Origin: Squalus acanthias
Lineage: Eukaryota
Length of the DNA: 64,000 nucleotides
Direction of reading: 5' to 3'
NCBI GenBank assembly: GCA_030390025.1
Contig: CM059431.1
Coordinates: 120,344,001-120,408,000, forward strand
Of this stretch, positions 1 through 12,103 are shown piece after piece. Both the position numbers and the translations under genes were made by a program. The notes under the pieces were generated by a model that searched no databases, was not told the origin of the DNA, and worked only from the letters and a program-made list of their open reading frames with translations. The number at the start of each line of letters is the position of its first letter. The first letter of the stretch is position 1.

Positions 1-1022
1 ACAGGGGATCCAACCTTTATAAGTTAAAGGTAACTGCAGACAAGTATCACATGATCAAATGTCACATAATCAAACCTCCAGGAATGTGTCCAACTAAAGT
101 TGGCAATCCTAGCAGCTGCTCCACTACTGCTCATTTTACGACTTCCACTTAAGATGAACGTTCTGTGCATTCTTTTTGCACAGTACAAGAGGATTTTATT
201 TTCTCGGCTAACATAACATATGCAGTAATAAAGGCATTCGACTCAAACTGGTACTCATGGTATAACCAGAGGTCCAGACAGAGCTCAATCTGTAGGTAGA
301 TAGTCATGGCACAATAAAATGGGCATTACTAGTCCAAATAAACCCCTCCTACAATAATCGTATAACCACTTTTAAGGGAGGAATACAGAAGCGTAATTAC
401 AGCATTAGTCTTGGTGCCTCAGGACAGCATGTGTTATTACAATTACATACAAGGCGTTTCCGCTGTTCAGGATGTATACGATTGCTATTTGCACAATGTC
501 CCTTTCACCCTGTTCATACAATTACTACTTTCTGCTATCCAGGACATGACATTATAGTAAGTGTTTGTATCAAACTAAAGCTGATTCAAATCCCAGCTCT
601 TTGGATGACAGATACTCCCCTCAGCATTGCAACCTGTTGCAGACCAGGCAACATATCTTAATTCACATAACACATACTACCAGTTGAGCTAATCTCTACT
701 ATCAGCTGTTATAGGCTGATAATCATTCTTCTCCATTGTCATCAGTCTTTATTAGTACCTTTTGTTCATAGTTTCACAGTCATACCCCAAACTTATTATA
801 CACTAATTCTATTCTATGCTCCATCATGCCATACAGCAAATTCTGCTACAATCCATTTCCTCAGTGGTATTAACTGGGTTGGTACAAAATGCCTCAGTTG
901 ATACGGATTGATGGAATTAATAACCTTTGTTCAATCAGCCCCAAACCTCTGGAATCTTGAAAATTGGTGACCAAAGTAGATGACAAACCTGCTTTACCTC
1001 AACAGGAATAAAATTGCTTGTT

Positions 1023-1199
1023 AACATAAGAACATAAGTAATAGGAGCAGGAGCAGGACATTTGGCCCTTCGAGCCTGCACCACCATTCAATAAGATCAT
1101 GGCTGATCTTCTACCTCATCTCCACTTTCCTGCACTATCCCCATATCCCTTGATTCCCTTAATATTCAAAAATCTATCGATCTCTGTCTTGAATATACT
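1023..1199 (-). mobile_element. CR1-type LINE 3' end
   Basis: Reverse complement ends in a (CTTATGTT)n tail; near-identical to the + strand copy at 22953-23128. Confidence 0.85.
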
Positions 1200-2172
1200 A
1201 AGATTGTTAGCCAATGATTGGTTGGCTGATTTTGGCCTTTCTGCCCTAATATATATTTTTAATTAAAGTTAAGCCTGAATTTCATTTCAACATTGATTTT
1301 AATGATCCAAAGCCAAGACCATAAAAAATAATATTACTGCATATGAGACAAAAGAGATTGTAATATATGTGGGTAGAACAAATGAAAGACAGAGACAGGA
1401 TAAGTTGCTTGTCCATGTGCTTGTTTTATTAGGCCAGAGCGTACTGAGCATGCTCATACCAAACCATGTGACAAACCATGTGATAATACATTACAGAAAT
1501 GAAATAAACAATATGACTGATATGTTTCATAGATCTTAAACATTTTCTTTTACGAAACACACTTGTGCCTAGAAATTGGAGGTGTTAGCACTGGTCAGTA
1601 AGGCCCGTTTTAATGAAAAAAATGGCGGCCGCCTGACTTCCGCCTGCTCCCAGTGAGTCCCGCGGCGGCCACCATTTTCAGCAAGTCGGCAGCGCTGCCA
1701 TTACCTGCGCTCGCGGCAAGTATTTTAATTAGCAGGAGCAGTGCAACGGCGAATTGACGCAAGCTCATCCATTTTGGAGCTCGCCACTCCTCTTACCGCT
1801 CTCTCCAAAGCACACTTGTGCGTGCAGCCATTGACAGCATTGGAGAAACGGGAGAAAGCAGCAGTGAGCTAGAACCCATACAGTAAACAACTGCTGCGAT
1901 AACTGTTCATTATGGAGAGCTCAGAATATGTCATTAGAGTGAAAACTGCTTCCAATTAGATGCATCAAATCTCCCCCCTGGTCAGTCAAACATTATAGGA
2001 GGTAAATAGTTTTAAAATAAATTGTACTGTACTACAGTTGTAATATTCTCAGGAAAAATCAAAGCTGCATTTCCTTAAATTTTATGATGTGGAGATGCCG
2101 GTGTTGGACTGGGGTGGACAAATGTGAGAAGTCGCACAACACCAGGTTATAGTCCAACAGCTTTATTTGAAA

Positions 2173-2208
2173 TCACAAGCTTTCGGAGCGCTGCTCCTTG
2201 TCAGGTGA
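2173..2208 (-). ncRNA. Degenerate minimal hammerhead ribozyme (family A)
   Basis: TCAC-CTGAC(-)AA-GGAGC agc GCTCC-GAAA-GC-TT-GTGA; G of CUGANGA deleted. Confidence 0.6.
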
Positions 2209-2413
2209 AGTGAAGAGATGCATATAGGCACAGCATATATAGTCAGAGAACACTGCCAGATGATTACAGTTAATCTTTCTTACTGCCCTTTATCACACCT
2301 CGGCAGAGAGATTATCTGCCGAGGTGTAATAAAGGGCAGTAAGAAAGATTAACTGTAATCATCTGGCAGTGTTCTCTGACTATATATGCTGTGCCTATAT
2401 GCATCTCTTCACT

Positions 2414-2449
2414 TCACCTAACAAGGAGCAGCACTCCGAAAGCTTGTGA
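2414..2449 (+). ncRNA. Degenerate minimal hammerhead ribozyme (family A)
   Basis: TCAC-CTAAC(-)AA-GGAGC agc ACTCC-GAAA-GC-TT-GTGA; same deletion plus two substitutions. Confidence 0.5.
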
Positions 2450-3744
2450 TTTCAAATAAAGCTGTTGGACTATAACCTGGTGTTGTGCGACTCCTTACAT
2501 TTTAGACATGGGGTTTTTTAGCTTAGGACCTGATAAAATGATATGCAAAGTTTGGAAGTCTGCTTTTAAAACTTGACAGCATATTCTCACCAAGAGTTCT
2601 TCAAAAGTCTGCTGCTGTTAAAAATTTAATTGAACTCTCTTCTACACCAGTTACACCAAGAGTTCATATTCCCCTTTTTAAAAATTTATTTTCATTGATG
2701 TCTTATAGAACAGTTTAAGGATATCTGTGCCACAGTCTTTATGTGAAGTTTCCAGTGACAGTCCCTCCAGATCTGAGCCTGTGCTTTAAGAGCCACTCAC
2801 CGGGGAGTGAATCTCCAATGCGATACGCAGGCTAGCACACTGTCACTGCTAGCTGCAAGACGGTGCATCCCCAACCCCTCCACAACAAACCTCCAGACAG
2901 CAACCATCTGGGCGAAAGATCTGCGGAGCTATGGGAGCCAGCGAAGGTGGGAGTACCAGGCAGTCTGGAACCCATTTGTGGACCCCACACAAGACCCAGA
3001 CAAATGTCCGCAAATGTAAGAGGGGAGCCGTGGACAAACAAATGCCTCGTGATGTGCCACAATGCAGAATGCTCCAACCTACAAGGACCATCAGCAGACT
3101 CGCTAACAAAACCCAGGAGCCGTCACCAAATGATCAGACACAGCACATTGTCTGAGAACGCCGCCCAATCCTTCAGACGCGACCTTCGGCCTCCTGCTCA
3201 GGTTAGCGCTGGAAAGAGCCCATTGCACAACAGATTCTCCACTCCGCTCATGTAAATTAGCAGGAAACACCAAAATAATGGTGCAACCTGCGCTTTGTTT
3301 GTAGGCGGCCGCTAACCCTGACCTGCACTGTTACCGGCAGGCTTGCGGCCTACTCAAATTTCTAGGCTTTGATCACTTACTACCTTTAAAAGAGCTTATT
3401 CTAGATGAACTTGTAGCCAAGCAATAAGTGTGTCAGCTTCACAATCTATGTGAAATGTCACACATTTAAATCAATGGCAGAGGAGGTCTAGTACAGTTCA
3501 GGGGTATCAAATTGGTTAAGGATAAGGCTTTTTCTTTTCATTTTCATTTTTAACCCTTAGTACTGTTCTGTTTAGTGTAAAGTGAATAGTCAAACCTTCT
3601 CCTTGTAACCATATTTGGAAGGAGTGCTGGACACAGTTGATAGGACAAAACCATTTATTAAGACCCAGAGCAGCAGGTTAAAAACAAAACAACAGCTGAA
3701 TTAGCCGAGCAATGTTTAATTCAATTAAAATAACTGGACACAAA

Positions 3745-4950
3745 GGGCTGAATTTTAATGGGAAGGCGGGTTGGGGGTGAGGGGGCAAGGGGGCTCCGAG
3801 ACGGTCGGGAAACCTGGGAGAACGGGTTTCCCGCAGGCCCTGCCAACTTTAACGGCAGGGCCTGATTTGCAAGGAAAGCCTCTGTTTCCCACTCGCAGTC
3901 AGCCAGATTGAGAGGCTGACTGGCTCCGGGTGGGTATGCCTGCGGCACTAGGCCGCACAGAGGAGGGAGGGATCACGTGGGGGCCGGGGCCAGCTGGAGG
4001 AGAATGGTGGGGGAGCGGTGGGGAGAGATTGGAGTGGGGCTGGAGGATCGGGAGGAAGGGAGAGAAGACTGAAGCACAAATACTCCCACAACTAGTGCGA
4101 TATCTGTAGCCCACAGGGTTTGATCGGAGTGTTGTATAAATGCTCTCTCTAGATGTAACCCAAATCGGCAGTTCCATGCTGACGTCCATCCCATCCAGAA
4201 GCTGCAGTCTGCAGGTCAGAACCGACTTACTGTTGCCTGCCATGGGGATGTGCACCATGGTCCCGGGGGCCGGAGGGTCGGGGGGTGGGAGAGATAGTTG
4301 GGGCCGGGGGATCAGGGAGGAGGAAGAGAAGTTCGGGGCTGGAGGATTGGGATGTGGTTAGGGAGGGAAGCATTGGGGCCGAAGGATCTGGGGTTGGGAG
4401 ACAAGCATCGGGGCCGGAGGATCAGGGTGGTGGGGAGTGAGGGAGGGAAGCATCTTAGCCGGAGGATCATGGGGGAGTGGTAGGAGGAAGCATTGGGGCC
4501 GGTCTGAGTATCATCGGTGGTGGGGGGAGAGGGGGCTTCCGGGAAGGCGATCAGAGGCCTCATGAGGAGGTCTCCGATCGCAGGGGGTAGGTTAGATAGG
4601 GATCCTGGATTCAGGAGGGAGGAGTAAAGGCACTTACCTCCTGGATGCAGCAGCCCTTGCCTTACTGTAGCTGCTGGGTTTAACAAGGTGTGTAAAACCC
4701 TACCAGCTACAGTTAAACACAAAATGGAGGTTAAAGACGAGGCTTCCATCCTCATTATAATATTTAAATAGCCCGCCCGCCTCCTGGCAGCGGGTTGACT
4801 GCCTGCCCCCGTTCCGGCTTCCATTCTGCCTCCATTAAAACTGGAAGTGGGCGGGTTGGAGGCGGGTTCAGGCTAGGATTCATATTTCTAGCACTTCAAT
4901 TACCCCCACGCTCCTAACCCACCCTTTTTTTCAAGGTTGAACTTCCCTCC
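3745..4950. mobile_element. Non-autonomous Harbinger-type TIR element with G-rich minisatellite core and a captured foreign segment
   Basis: Starts GGGCTGAATTTTAA, ends TTGAACTTCCCTCC (imperfect TIR); AAA duplicated at 3742-3744 and 4951-4953; left part homologous to 44004-44663. Confidence 0.65.
4166..4258 (-). pseudogene. Captured fragment of an EPB41L4B/EPB41L5-like gene (start of FERM domain)
   Basis: Translates MVHIPMAGNSKSVLTCRLQLLDGMDVSMELP versus recalled EPB41L5 [29 protein letters not shown]; no flanking splice sites; paralog not resolvable. Confidence 0.8.
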
Positions 4951-5387
4951 AAATACACAGTTTCACATACAATAATTGTATTGTTATCTTGAGCTCCATT
5001 TGCTGTTGTAGGTACGCTTTTACTACCTACACTTAGATTGGGAATGGGAGAGAGAGAACGAGAGACTAAGCCTAGTGAAGATAAAAGAAAAGAAGATGGA
5101 GAGCAGTCTGGTTGCACCTGCAGTTATACTTAAATGCGCTTGGGGTTATCAATAAAAAATTAGCAGGGCTATGCGTTAAATGCCATCTTTGCCTCGCCCT
5201 TTCCATCTAGGATGATTGGTTCAGATTTATGAGTCCTTAGTTCACGGCTTTGGAAAATGCAGAAGTCGAGCTGCTGACTTCCGAAACTAGTTCATTAACA
5301 TTTATGTACTCCTCTTTCTGAAGGCTGGTCAAGACATATTTTACCAGGTTAGATTTCAAATACCTCTTCACCATTTCAAAAGTCATT

Positions 5388-5560
5388 GGGATACATCTTG
5401 ACTTTGTGCCATGGTGTAAAGTAGGTGATAGCGAGTCGGCAAACCGTTTTATATCTCTCCCATTGAAATCAATGGAAATGAAAATTGGGAGCGATGTAGA
5501 ATGGGCTGCTGACTCACTATCACCCATTTTACACGATCGCACAAAGTCAAGATCTACCCC
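5388..5560. mobile_element. 173-bp palindromic MITE
   Basis: GGGATACATCTTGACTTTGTGC ... GCACAAAGTCAAGATCTACCCC; ATT TSD (5385-5387, 5561-5563). Confidence 0.85.
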
Positions 5561-5563
5561 ATT

Positions 5564-7785
5564 GTCAGCTGTGGTTCAGTGGGTAGCATTCTTGCCTCTG
5601 CGTCAGAAGGTTGTGGGTTCAAGTCCCACTCCAGAGACTTGGGCTGCGATTTCGCCTACTGAGGTGGGTCCGGGGCGGCCGGGGTCGATGGCGGGGTGCG
5701 ACCCGGCTGCTAGCTCCATCCCGCTCTGTGAAAGGAATTTACATAGATTGGGCTTGTTAAGCCCGCCCAACGCGTTTCCCAGCCAATTGAAGGAAGCGGG
5801 TCTGATGACATCATTTGATGACGCATCATCAGCCGGTTTCCATTCAGGGGCCATGTCCAAATTGATTTTGACAGTTCTGCTGTCAGTGTTCTACAGTATT
5901 GAGGTGCTGCAAACACTGACAATCACTGCACAGAGGAGCAGGACTTTACCCAGGCTCTCCCATGACTCCCTCCATATGTTTATGCTTATGGAGGGAGTCA
6001 CAGCACGCAGGGAGGCCCTCTTTGCTTCCCATGGGTGGAGAAGACCTCCCCAGGAGATCTACACAGCCTGGTTACACATTGCACAGGAGGACACAAGGAG
6101 GGATGTCGTTAGGAGGACCTGGCGGTAGTGGCGCAAACCTTTCAATGATCTCAGTAGAACACGAAACACTCAACCTCATCCTGCTGTGCCACTCATCACA
6201 TCGCCATCACTCTGCCTTCCCTACCCTACTCCTGCACATCCTTACTCACACCAACTTACCTTGCACCTCCACCCCACCCATCCCCCTCTATCTACATTAT
6301 CACTTCCCCATCTCACTAGCCACCCCTCACACTCACCCTCATCCTTGTCCAATCATACCAACTAACAACACACAAGGGTCGGCACTTATGTGTTTTAGCC
6401 AATGTTCATGTGAAGTTTCTGTTAATGTGGTGTCAAACATTGAAATCTTTATTTTCAACACTTTGCATTCTGTGACAGATTTGTGTGCACCTTTGGAAGT
6501 GGCTTAGTGAGTTGCAGTGAATGGTGAGACATAACGGCACCCCCTGCAATGCTGATGAGTGTAAAAGGAATGTCTTGGGCATTGTAGGGATGCTTTATGG
6601 TGTTGCTCTGGGGTGGTGCCAACCTGGCGCATCATGTGGCAGCCAGGGTGTGCAGTGTCAAGTGAAGTAAATCTGGCCATGGTGAGGCCATCCCTGGCCT
6701 CCCGGGCAGCAATGTGGTCGGGTACTGATGTCCTGTGTCCTGTGCAGCATCAGTTGATTGCGGAGAAGGTTGGTATTTTTGTTGGTGCTGCTGGTGTTGG
6801 GGCTGATCGTGGTGTGATTCTGAGGACCAAGGTGAGAGAGTGCAAACCGTACCCATTCTGATGTAATGGATGGAAGATGAGGGTGAGATGACAGACGCCA
6901 ATCTGTCAATGCTGAGAGAGGTTGTTTCAATGAGGTGGCACTGGATAGAGAGTTTGCTCCAAAAACTTGCAAGCTGCATAAAGCTCAATCTGTCTTCCAA
7001 ATGCAGTAACCAACAGTTTCTGAGCTTGGAAAGTGAACAGCTGTGTGATGGGAGCTTTTATACAAATTTTGCAGCCGTCAGGTAATAAGATAATTCAATG
7101 CTGAATCCACTCATGACATGCTGAGCTTACATGATCCCCGAGCAGCATGTAACCCGTTGGGTAACATGTAAAATTGAAAGGTAAGTATAAAATAATAATT
7201 AATTGCCTCTTAGCAATCTCTCTAATGATCTAAATTGCCACCCCCGCCACTTGGTGTCGGGTCTGTTCAACGATGACAGACCCGACACCTGGGAGACTAG
7301 CATGGAGGCGATTTGACAGTGGGTTCCCGACCCGCTGTCAAAACATTTCTTTCCCACCGTACCTCCCACCAAACGCTCCCAATGACACCCTGAAAAGCTC
7401 CCCCCTTGAGCACACAAATCTAGGCTGACAATCCAGTGCAGGGTTGAGGGAGTGCTGCAGTGTCGGAGGTGCCATCTTTCAGATGAGATGTTAAACGGAG
7501 GCCCCTTCTGCTCTCTCAGGTAGACATAAAAGATCCCATGGCAATATTTCGAAGAAGAGCAGGTGAGTTATCCCCGGTGTCCTGCCCAATATTTATTCCT
7601 CAATCAACGTAACAAAAACATTATCTAGTCTTTATCACACTGCTGTTTGTGGGAGCTTGCTGTGCGCAAATTGGCAGCTGCATTTCGTACATTACAACAG
7701 TGACTACACTTCAAAAGTACTTCATTGGCTGTAAAGCCCTTTGGGCGTGAAAGGCTCTATATAAAAGCAAGTCTTTCTTTTTTCT
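5564..7785 (+). mobile_element. tRNA-derived Deu-domain SINE, split by insertion 5641-7404
   Basis: A/B-box head 5564-5640; resumes at 7405 with Deu core GGAGGTGCCATCTTTCAGATGAGATGTTAAAC; collinear with intact copy 36397-36839. Confidence 0.85.
5641..7404 (+). mobile_element. ~1.76-kb non-autonomous Harbinger derivative, copy 1
   Basis: CTT TSD (5638-5640, 7405-7407); decayed Myb/SANT exon ~5920-6160; homologous to 9614-12103 and 39685-41440. Confidence 0.85.
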
Positions 7786-8306
7786 TATTGTCACTTGCAA
7801 ACTTAACATTCACTGCACATAGAATTGTGCAGTCTTAAAATTCTTACAGCTTTAACTTTCCTAAACAATCTGATCTGTTACATTAGAAACATCAACTGAC
7901 TTCAAGCAATCTTATATTGATGATTCACTGGACAGGCCTACAGAATGTGAAACCAGAGAGGTTTTAAGATTTGAATCAGAAAGGACAGCAACAATCTGAT
8001 TTTAATGATATCAGTCTGGGGTCTGCCTCGGTACACCACGATTGTTGCTGTGTGATTGATTGAAGTTGTCCTTCTGCAGATATGATACACTGCCATTTTT
8101 TCCTCTATCGTCCATCTTCTAACATGTACAGAGCCTCCGGGCAGTCAAGGTGCAAATTTGAACTTTCTGCCATTCAGTTGTGAGTTAAGTGTTCGACAGT
8201 TATGACTTCCAGCTCCACTCCTGCATGAAATTTAAATATGAGCTGGGCTCATAGATCACATAATTAAACATTGAAATGAAAATTGCTCATGTTTCTTTGT
8301 ACTTAC

Positions 8307-8336
8307 CAGAATAGGTTTCCCAGAATCCAAGTGTGA
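8307..8336 (-). other. Candidate 30-nt host micro-exon (alternative acceptor gives 54 nt, 8307-8360)
   Basis: ctcttctcAG|TCACAC...ATTCTG|GTAAGT in repeat-poor DNA; TGCATG and a (TG)n tract upstream; no homology recognised. Confidence 0.3.
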
Positions 8337-9613
8337 CTGAGAAGAGGATTGTGGATATTACTTAGATACATACAAACACACATGCACGCACACACACACA
8401 AAATAAATATGTGTTTAAATGCAGTGAACTGCAATGTTGCATATAATCAATTTCCAATCAAATGCAAATAATAGTGGCAGATCTAGCCTTCTTACAAAGA
8501 ACAAAACTAAAAGAAAAAGCAAATTGACTGTGAAGTTGCACTGTGAAGGTTACCTAACCTGAATTACCAGACATTCCTACATGATTCACATCCGCCTCTG
8601 CAGATTGTTTTTCTATTGCAATTGTGGTTACTGATGTACATGCTGAGTGGGTGTCTGTGCTGACATTAAGTGTTACTATTTTTTAATTATAGGCAATTAA
8701 GTATCCTAAACAAGTCAAATGACACGTATCAGTTTTTGATCTGCATGTACTTTAACCTCAAAACATCGAGAAATTTCCTGAAAAATTAAATGCTTTAAAT
8801 TATGTAGTGAAACCTCATATTAGTGATTTTTTTCTCCAAGATGCCAATTAAAGCACATTTAAAAACAATGTTTTCGCTCACTAAATTGAGCTTTGACTCA
8901 AAATTGAGGAAATTTAATATTAGGAACTAACAGCCCACCTGAGATGGTTGAATGCAGCTGTGCTAAAGTGTGTACAACTAAATGTGGCCACTTTTCAAAC
9001 TAAAAAAGTAATAGGTCATGAGACTGATGAAGAACATGAATATGTATTCAACATGCATCCCCAAAGAATACAGTAACATTTCCTACTTGGCAGCCAACAA
9101 TCCTATTCTTTTGAGAAATAGGAGAAATGTGCTTTTTCATAATAACTAACAAATCAAGATTATCAATGAAGAACCTGTGCAGCATACCACAGCTGCACAG
9201 TAAAATTGAAAAGTGAAGTATTTGACTCTGGCAGCAGTAGGAACATTCATAGAGACATAGGAATAGGAGTGGGCCATTTAGCCCCTCAAGCCTGTTCCAA
9301 CATTCAGTTAGATCATGGCTGATATGTATCTCAACTCCATTTATCGATCTTTGCTCCACATCAATTGATATGCTTTCCTCACAAAAATCGAAATATCTCA
9401 GTCTTGAAAATTTCAGTTGACTTGGTATCCACAGCCTTTTAGGGGAGCGAGTTCCAGATTTCCACTATCCTTTGTGTGAAAATTGCTTCCTGATTTCACT
9501 CCTAAATGGCTGTACTTTCAGGACTATGTCCCCCTTATTCTTGATTCCCCCATCGGAGAAAATAGTTTCTCTGTATCTACTCTATCAAATCCTTTTAACA
9601 TTTTAAACACCTT

Positions 9614-12103
9614 GGCCACGATTTTGCTGATCTCGGCGGGTCCGGGGCGGGTGACGTTGGTGACGGGTCGCGACCCCGCTGCCGGCTCCACCCCGCTCTG
9701 AAATGAATTTCCCTTGATGGGACCTGTTAAGCCCGCCCAGCACGTTTCTCGGCCAATTAGAGGAAGCGGGTCTGGTGACGTCATTTGATGACGCGTCATC
9801 AGCCAGTTTCCTGAAAGGGACCACGGCCAAATTTATTTTGACATTTGTGCTGTCAGTGTTCTACAGCATTGAGGTGCTACAAACACTGACAATGACTGCA
9901 CAGAGGTGCAGGGCTGCACCCAGGTTCTCCCATGACTCCCTCCATATGCTTATGGAAGGAGTTACAGCACGCAGGGAGGTCGTCTTCCCTTCCCATGGGC
10001 GGAAGAGACCTCCCCAGGACACCAACACAGCCTGGTTGCACATTGCACAAGCAGGGATGTGGTCAGGAGGACCTGGGTACAGTGCCGCAAACGTTTCAAT
10101 GATCTCAGTAGTTCACGAAATGTTAGTACAAAGCCACACTCAACCTCATCCTGCTGTGCCTCTCCTCAAAACAACATCACTCTGCCTTCCCTACCCTACT
10201 CCTGCACATCCTTACACCAACTTACCATGCACCTCCACCCATCCTCCTCTATTCATAATGGGCCAGAAATTTGGCTATTGTCGGGTGAGTACGCGCTGTG
10301 TACTCACCCGTAAGGCCACCTGAAGTGTCGGTTTCTTGCATGCACTGCGCATGCATGGGAAACCGGAACTTCCGTTCCCCTGAAGGAAGGGGTTCAGAAG
10401 TCGAACGCGTGCACGGTAGAGGCAGCGCGCACGCAGCGAACTTTGTTTTTTTTTCCAGATTTCTCCGGGAGGGTAAGTATGGAGAAGCTGCACTTTTAAA
10501 AAGGAGGCGCAAGGCCTGTTTTTAATGAGGTAAGTGGTTAATTATTTACAATTTAAACATTTTTTCAACAGGTTTATCTTTTTTAGATACTTTAAAGAAA
10601 GGTAAGTTTATGTTTAGCACCGTTAAAAAGTATAATTAATTTTTTCAAAAATTTATTTTTTTGTTTAAAGTAGTTAATTTATGTAACTTATAGTTATTTT
10701 AAAAATGTGATGTTTTAAAAAAAAATTATTTGAAGTTTAAGTGTGGTTTTGGGGCCGATCTCTATTCATAGATTTGACAGGTCTTCCTGTCAAATCTATG
10801 AATGAAAATGCCCTCCTCTTATTGGCTCTCCATGGCCCACGTGATCCCAGGGGACGCTTCGAACTAACTGCGCCCCTGGGATACGCAAGCACTGCGCGCC
10901 AGCAGCTGCAGGAGGCCCAGGACCTGAAGTCCTCGTGGGCCCAAAGCACAACAGCAGGCGCGGTAGGTAAGTACGCGCGCGATGCTTGCACCCGCAGGAA
11001 GCCGGAGAGCCGAATTTCTGGCCCATTATCACATCCACATCTCACTAGCCACCCCTCACACTCACCTTCAGCCATACCAACTAACAACACACAAGGGTAG
11101 GCACTTGGGTCTTTTATGCAATGTTTATGTAAAGTTTCTGTTAATGTGTTGTCAAACATGTAAACCTTTATTTTCAACACTTTGTGTTCTTGGACAGATT
11201 TGTGTGCACCTTTGGAAGTGGCTTAGTGAGTTGCAGTGAATGGTTAGACATAATGGTTATGAGTGTGAAAGGAATGGCTTGGGCATTGTAGGGAAACTTT
11301 ATGGTGTTGGTGTGGGGTGTTGACAACCTGGCGCATCATGTGGCAGCAAGGGTGTAGTGTCAAGTGAAGTCAATCTGGCCATGGTGAGGCCATCCCTGGC
11401 GTCCCGGGCAGCAATGTGGTCGGGTGCTGATACCCTGAGTCCTGTGAAGCATCAGTTGATTGCAGAGCAGGTTGGTGTTGTTGGTGCTGCTAGTGTGCCT
11501 GGTGCTGCTGGTGTTGGGACTGATCGTGGTGAGATTCTGAGGACCAAGTTGAGAGAGTATAAAGGGCACCCATGCTGATGGAATAGATAGCAGAAGAAGT
11601 AGAGATGACAGAAGCGATCTGTCAATGGTGAGAGAGGTAATGAGGTCAGACTGGATGGAAACTTGTGTAAAGACTTGCAGCATGGTGAATCTGTTGTGGA
11701 AATGCAGTGAGGAAGAGCTTGTGTCTGAGGGAAGATATATCTGTCAGGTGGGAGCTTTTATTTTACATTTGAAGCTGTCAACTCATCAGCTGATTCAATG
11801 GCCACTGAACTCCCGCCTCAACTTGACAGACATGGTCCATGACCAACGTGGACCCGTGGGTGAGCTGTCAAATGCAAAAGGTAAGCTTGAAATCATTCTT
11901 AAAGGGCTCTAAACAAGCCACTAATTACCTGAATTGGGTCCCCCGCCACTGCATGTCGGGTCTGCTCAGCGCTGACAGACCCAACATCGGGAAAGGCGCG
12001 TGGCGGCGAGTTCACAGCCGGGTCCCGATCCACTGTGAAAAAAGCACTTTCCCATCCAATCTGCCACCGGTCGTGCCTGCCGACACCCCGCAAAATTCTG
12101 GCC
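9614..12103 (+). mobile_element. Non-autonomous Harbinger derivative, copy 2, with nested MITE
   Basis: TIR GGCCACGATTTT / AAAATTCTGGCC; CTT TSD (9611-9613, 12104-12106); Myb remnant RRTWVQCRKRFNDL. Confidence 0.85.
10260..11024 (+). mobile_element. ~765-bp MITE, hairpin family, copy 1
   Basis: TIR GGGCCAGAAATT / AATTTCTGGCCC; flanks AAT/ATT; collinear with 19947-20712. Confidence 0.9.

Larger units (their letters stand above)
2085..2491. mobile_element. Penelope-like foldback element (two inverted pLTR segments, no ORF)
   Basis: Arms ~2120-2307 and ~2315-2502 around a 7-nt loop; same pLTR as 21989 and 51072; 13-bp TSD TCCTTA(A/C)ATTTTA at 2072-2084 and 2492-2504. Confidence 0.85.
1567..3367. 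mobile_element. Old TIR element, probably non-autonomous Harbinger-type; hosts a Penelope insertion
   Basis: GCCTAGAAATTGGAG (1567-1581) is a 14/15 inverted match to CTCAAATTTCTAGGC (3353-3367); GC-rich subterminal blocks; no clean TSD. Confidence 0.55.

Noticed and set aside
250..1020. Possible decayed coding or env-like sequence
   Set aside because: The frame read by eye has many stops and no recognisable motif; needs tBLASTx.
4070..4165. FGL and FVLQ in another frame as further FERM homology
   Set aside because: Spacing does not fit the FERM domain and FVLQ overlaps the MITE repeat; probably chance.
3899..4258. Functional EPB41L-family exon or 119-aa gene
   Set aside because: No acceptor or donor at the homology limits, CpG-decay substitutions, and the ORF runs into MITE repeats.
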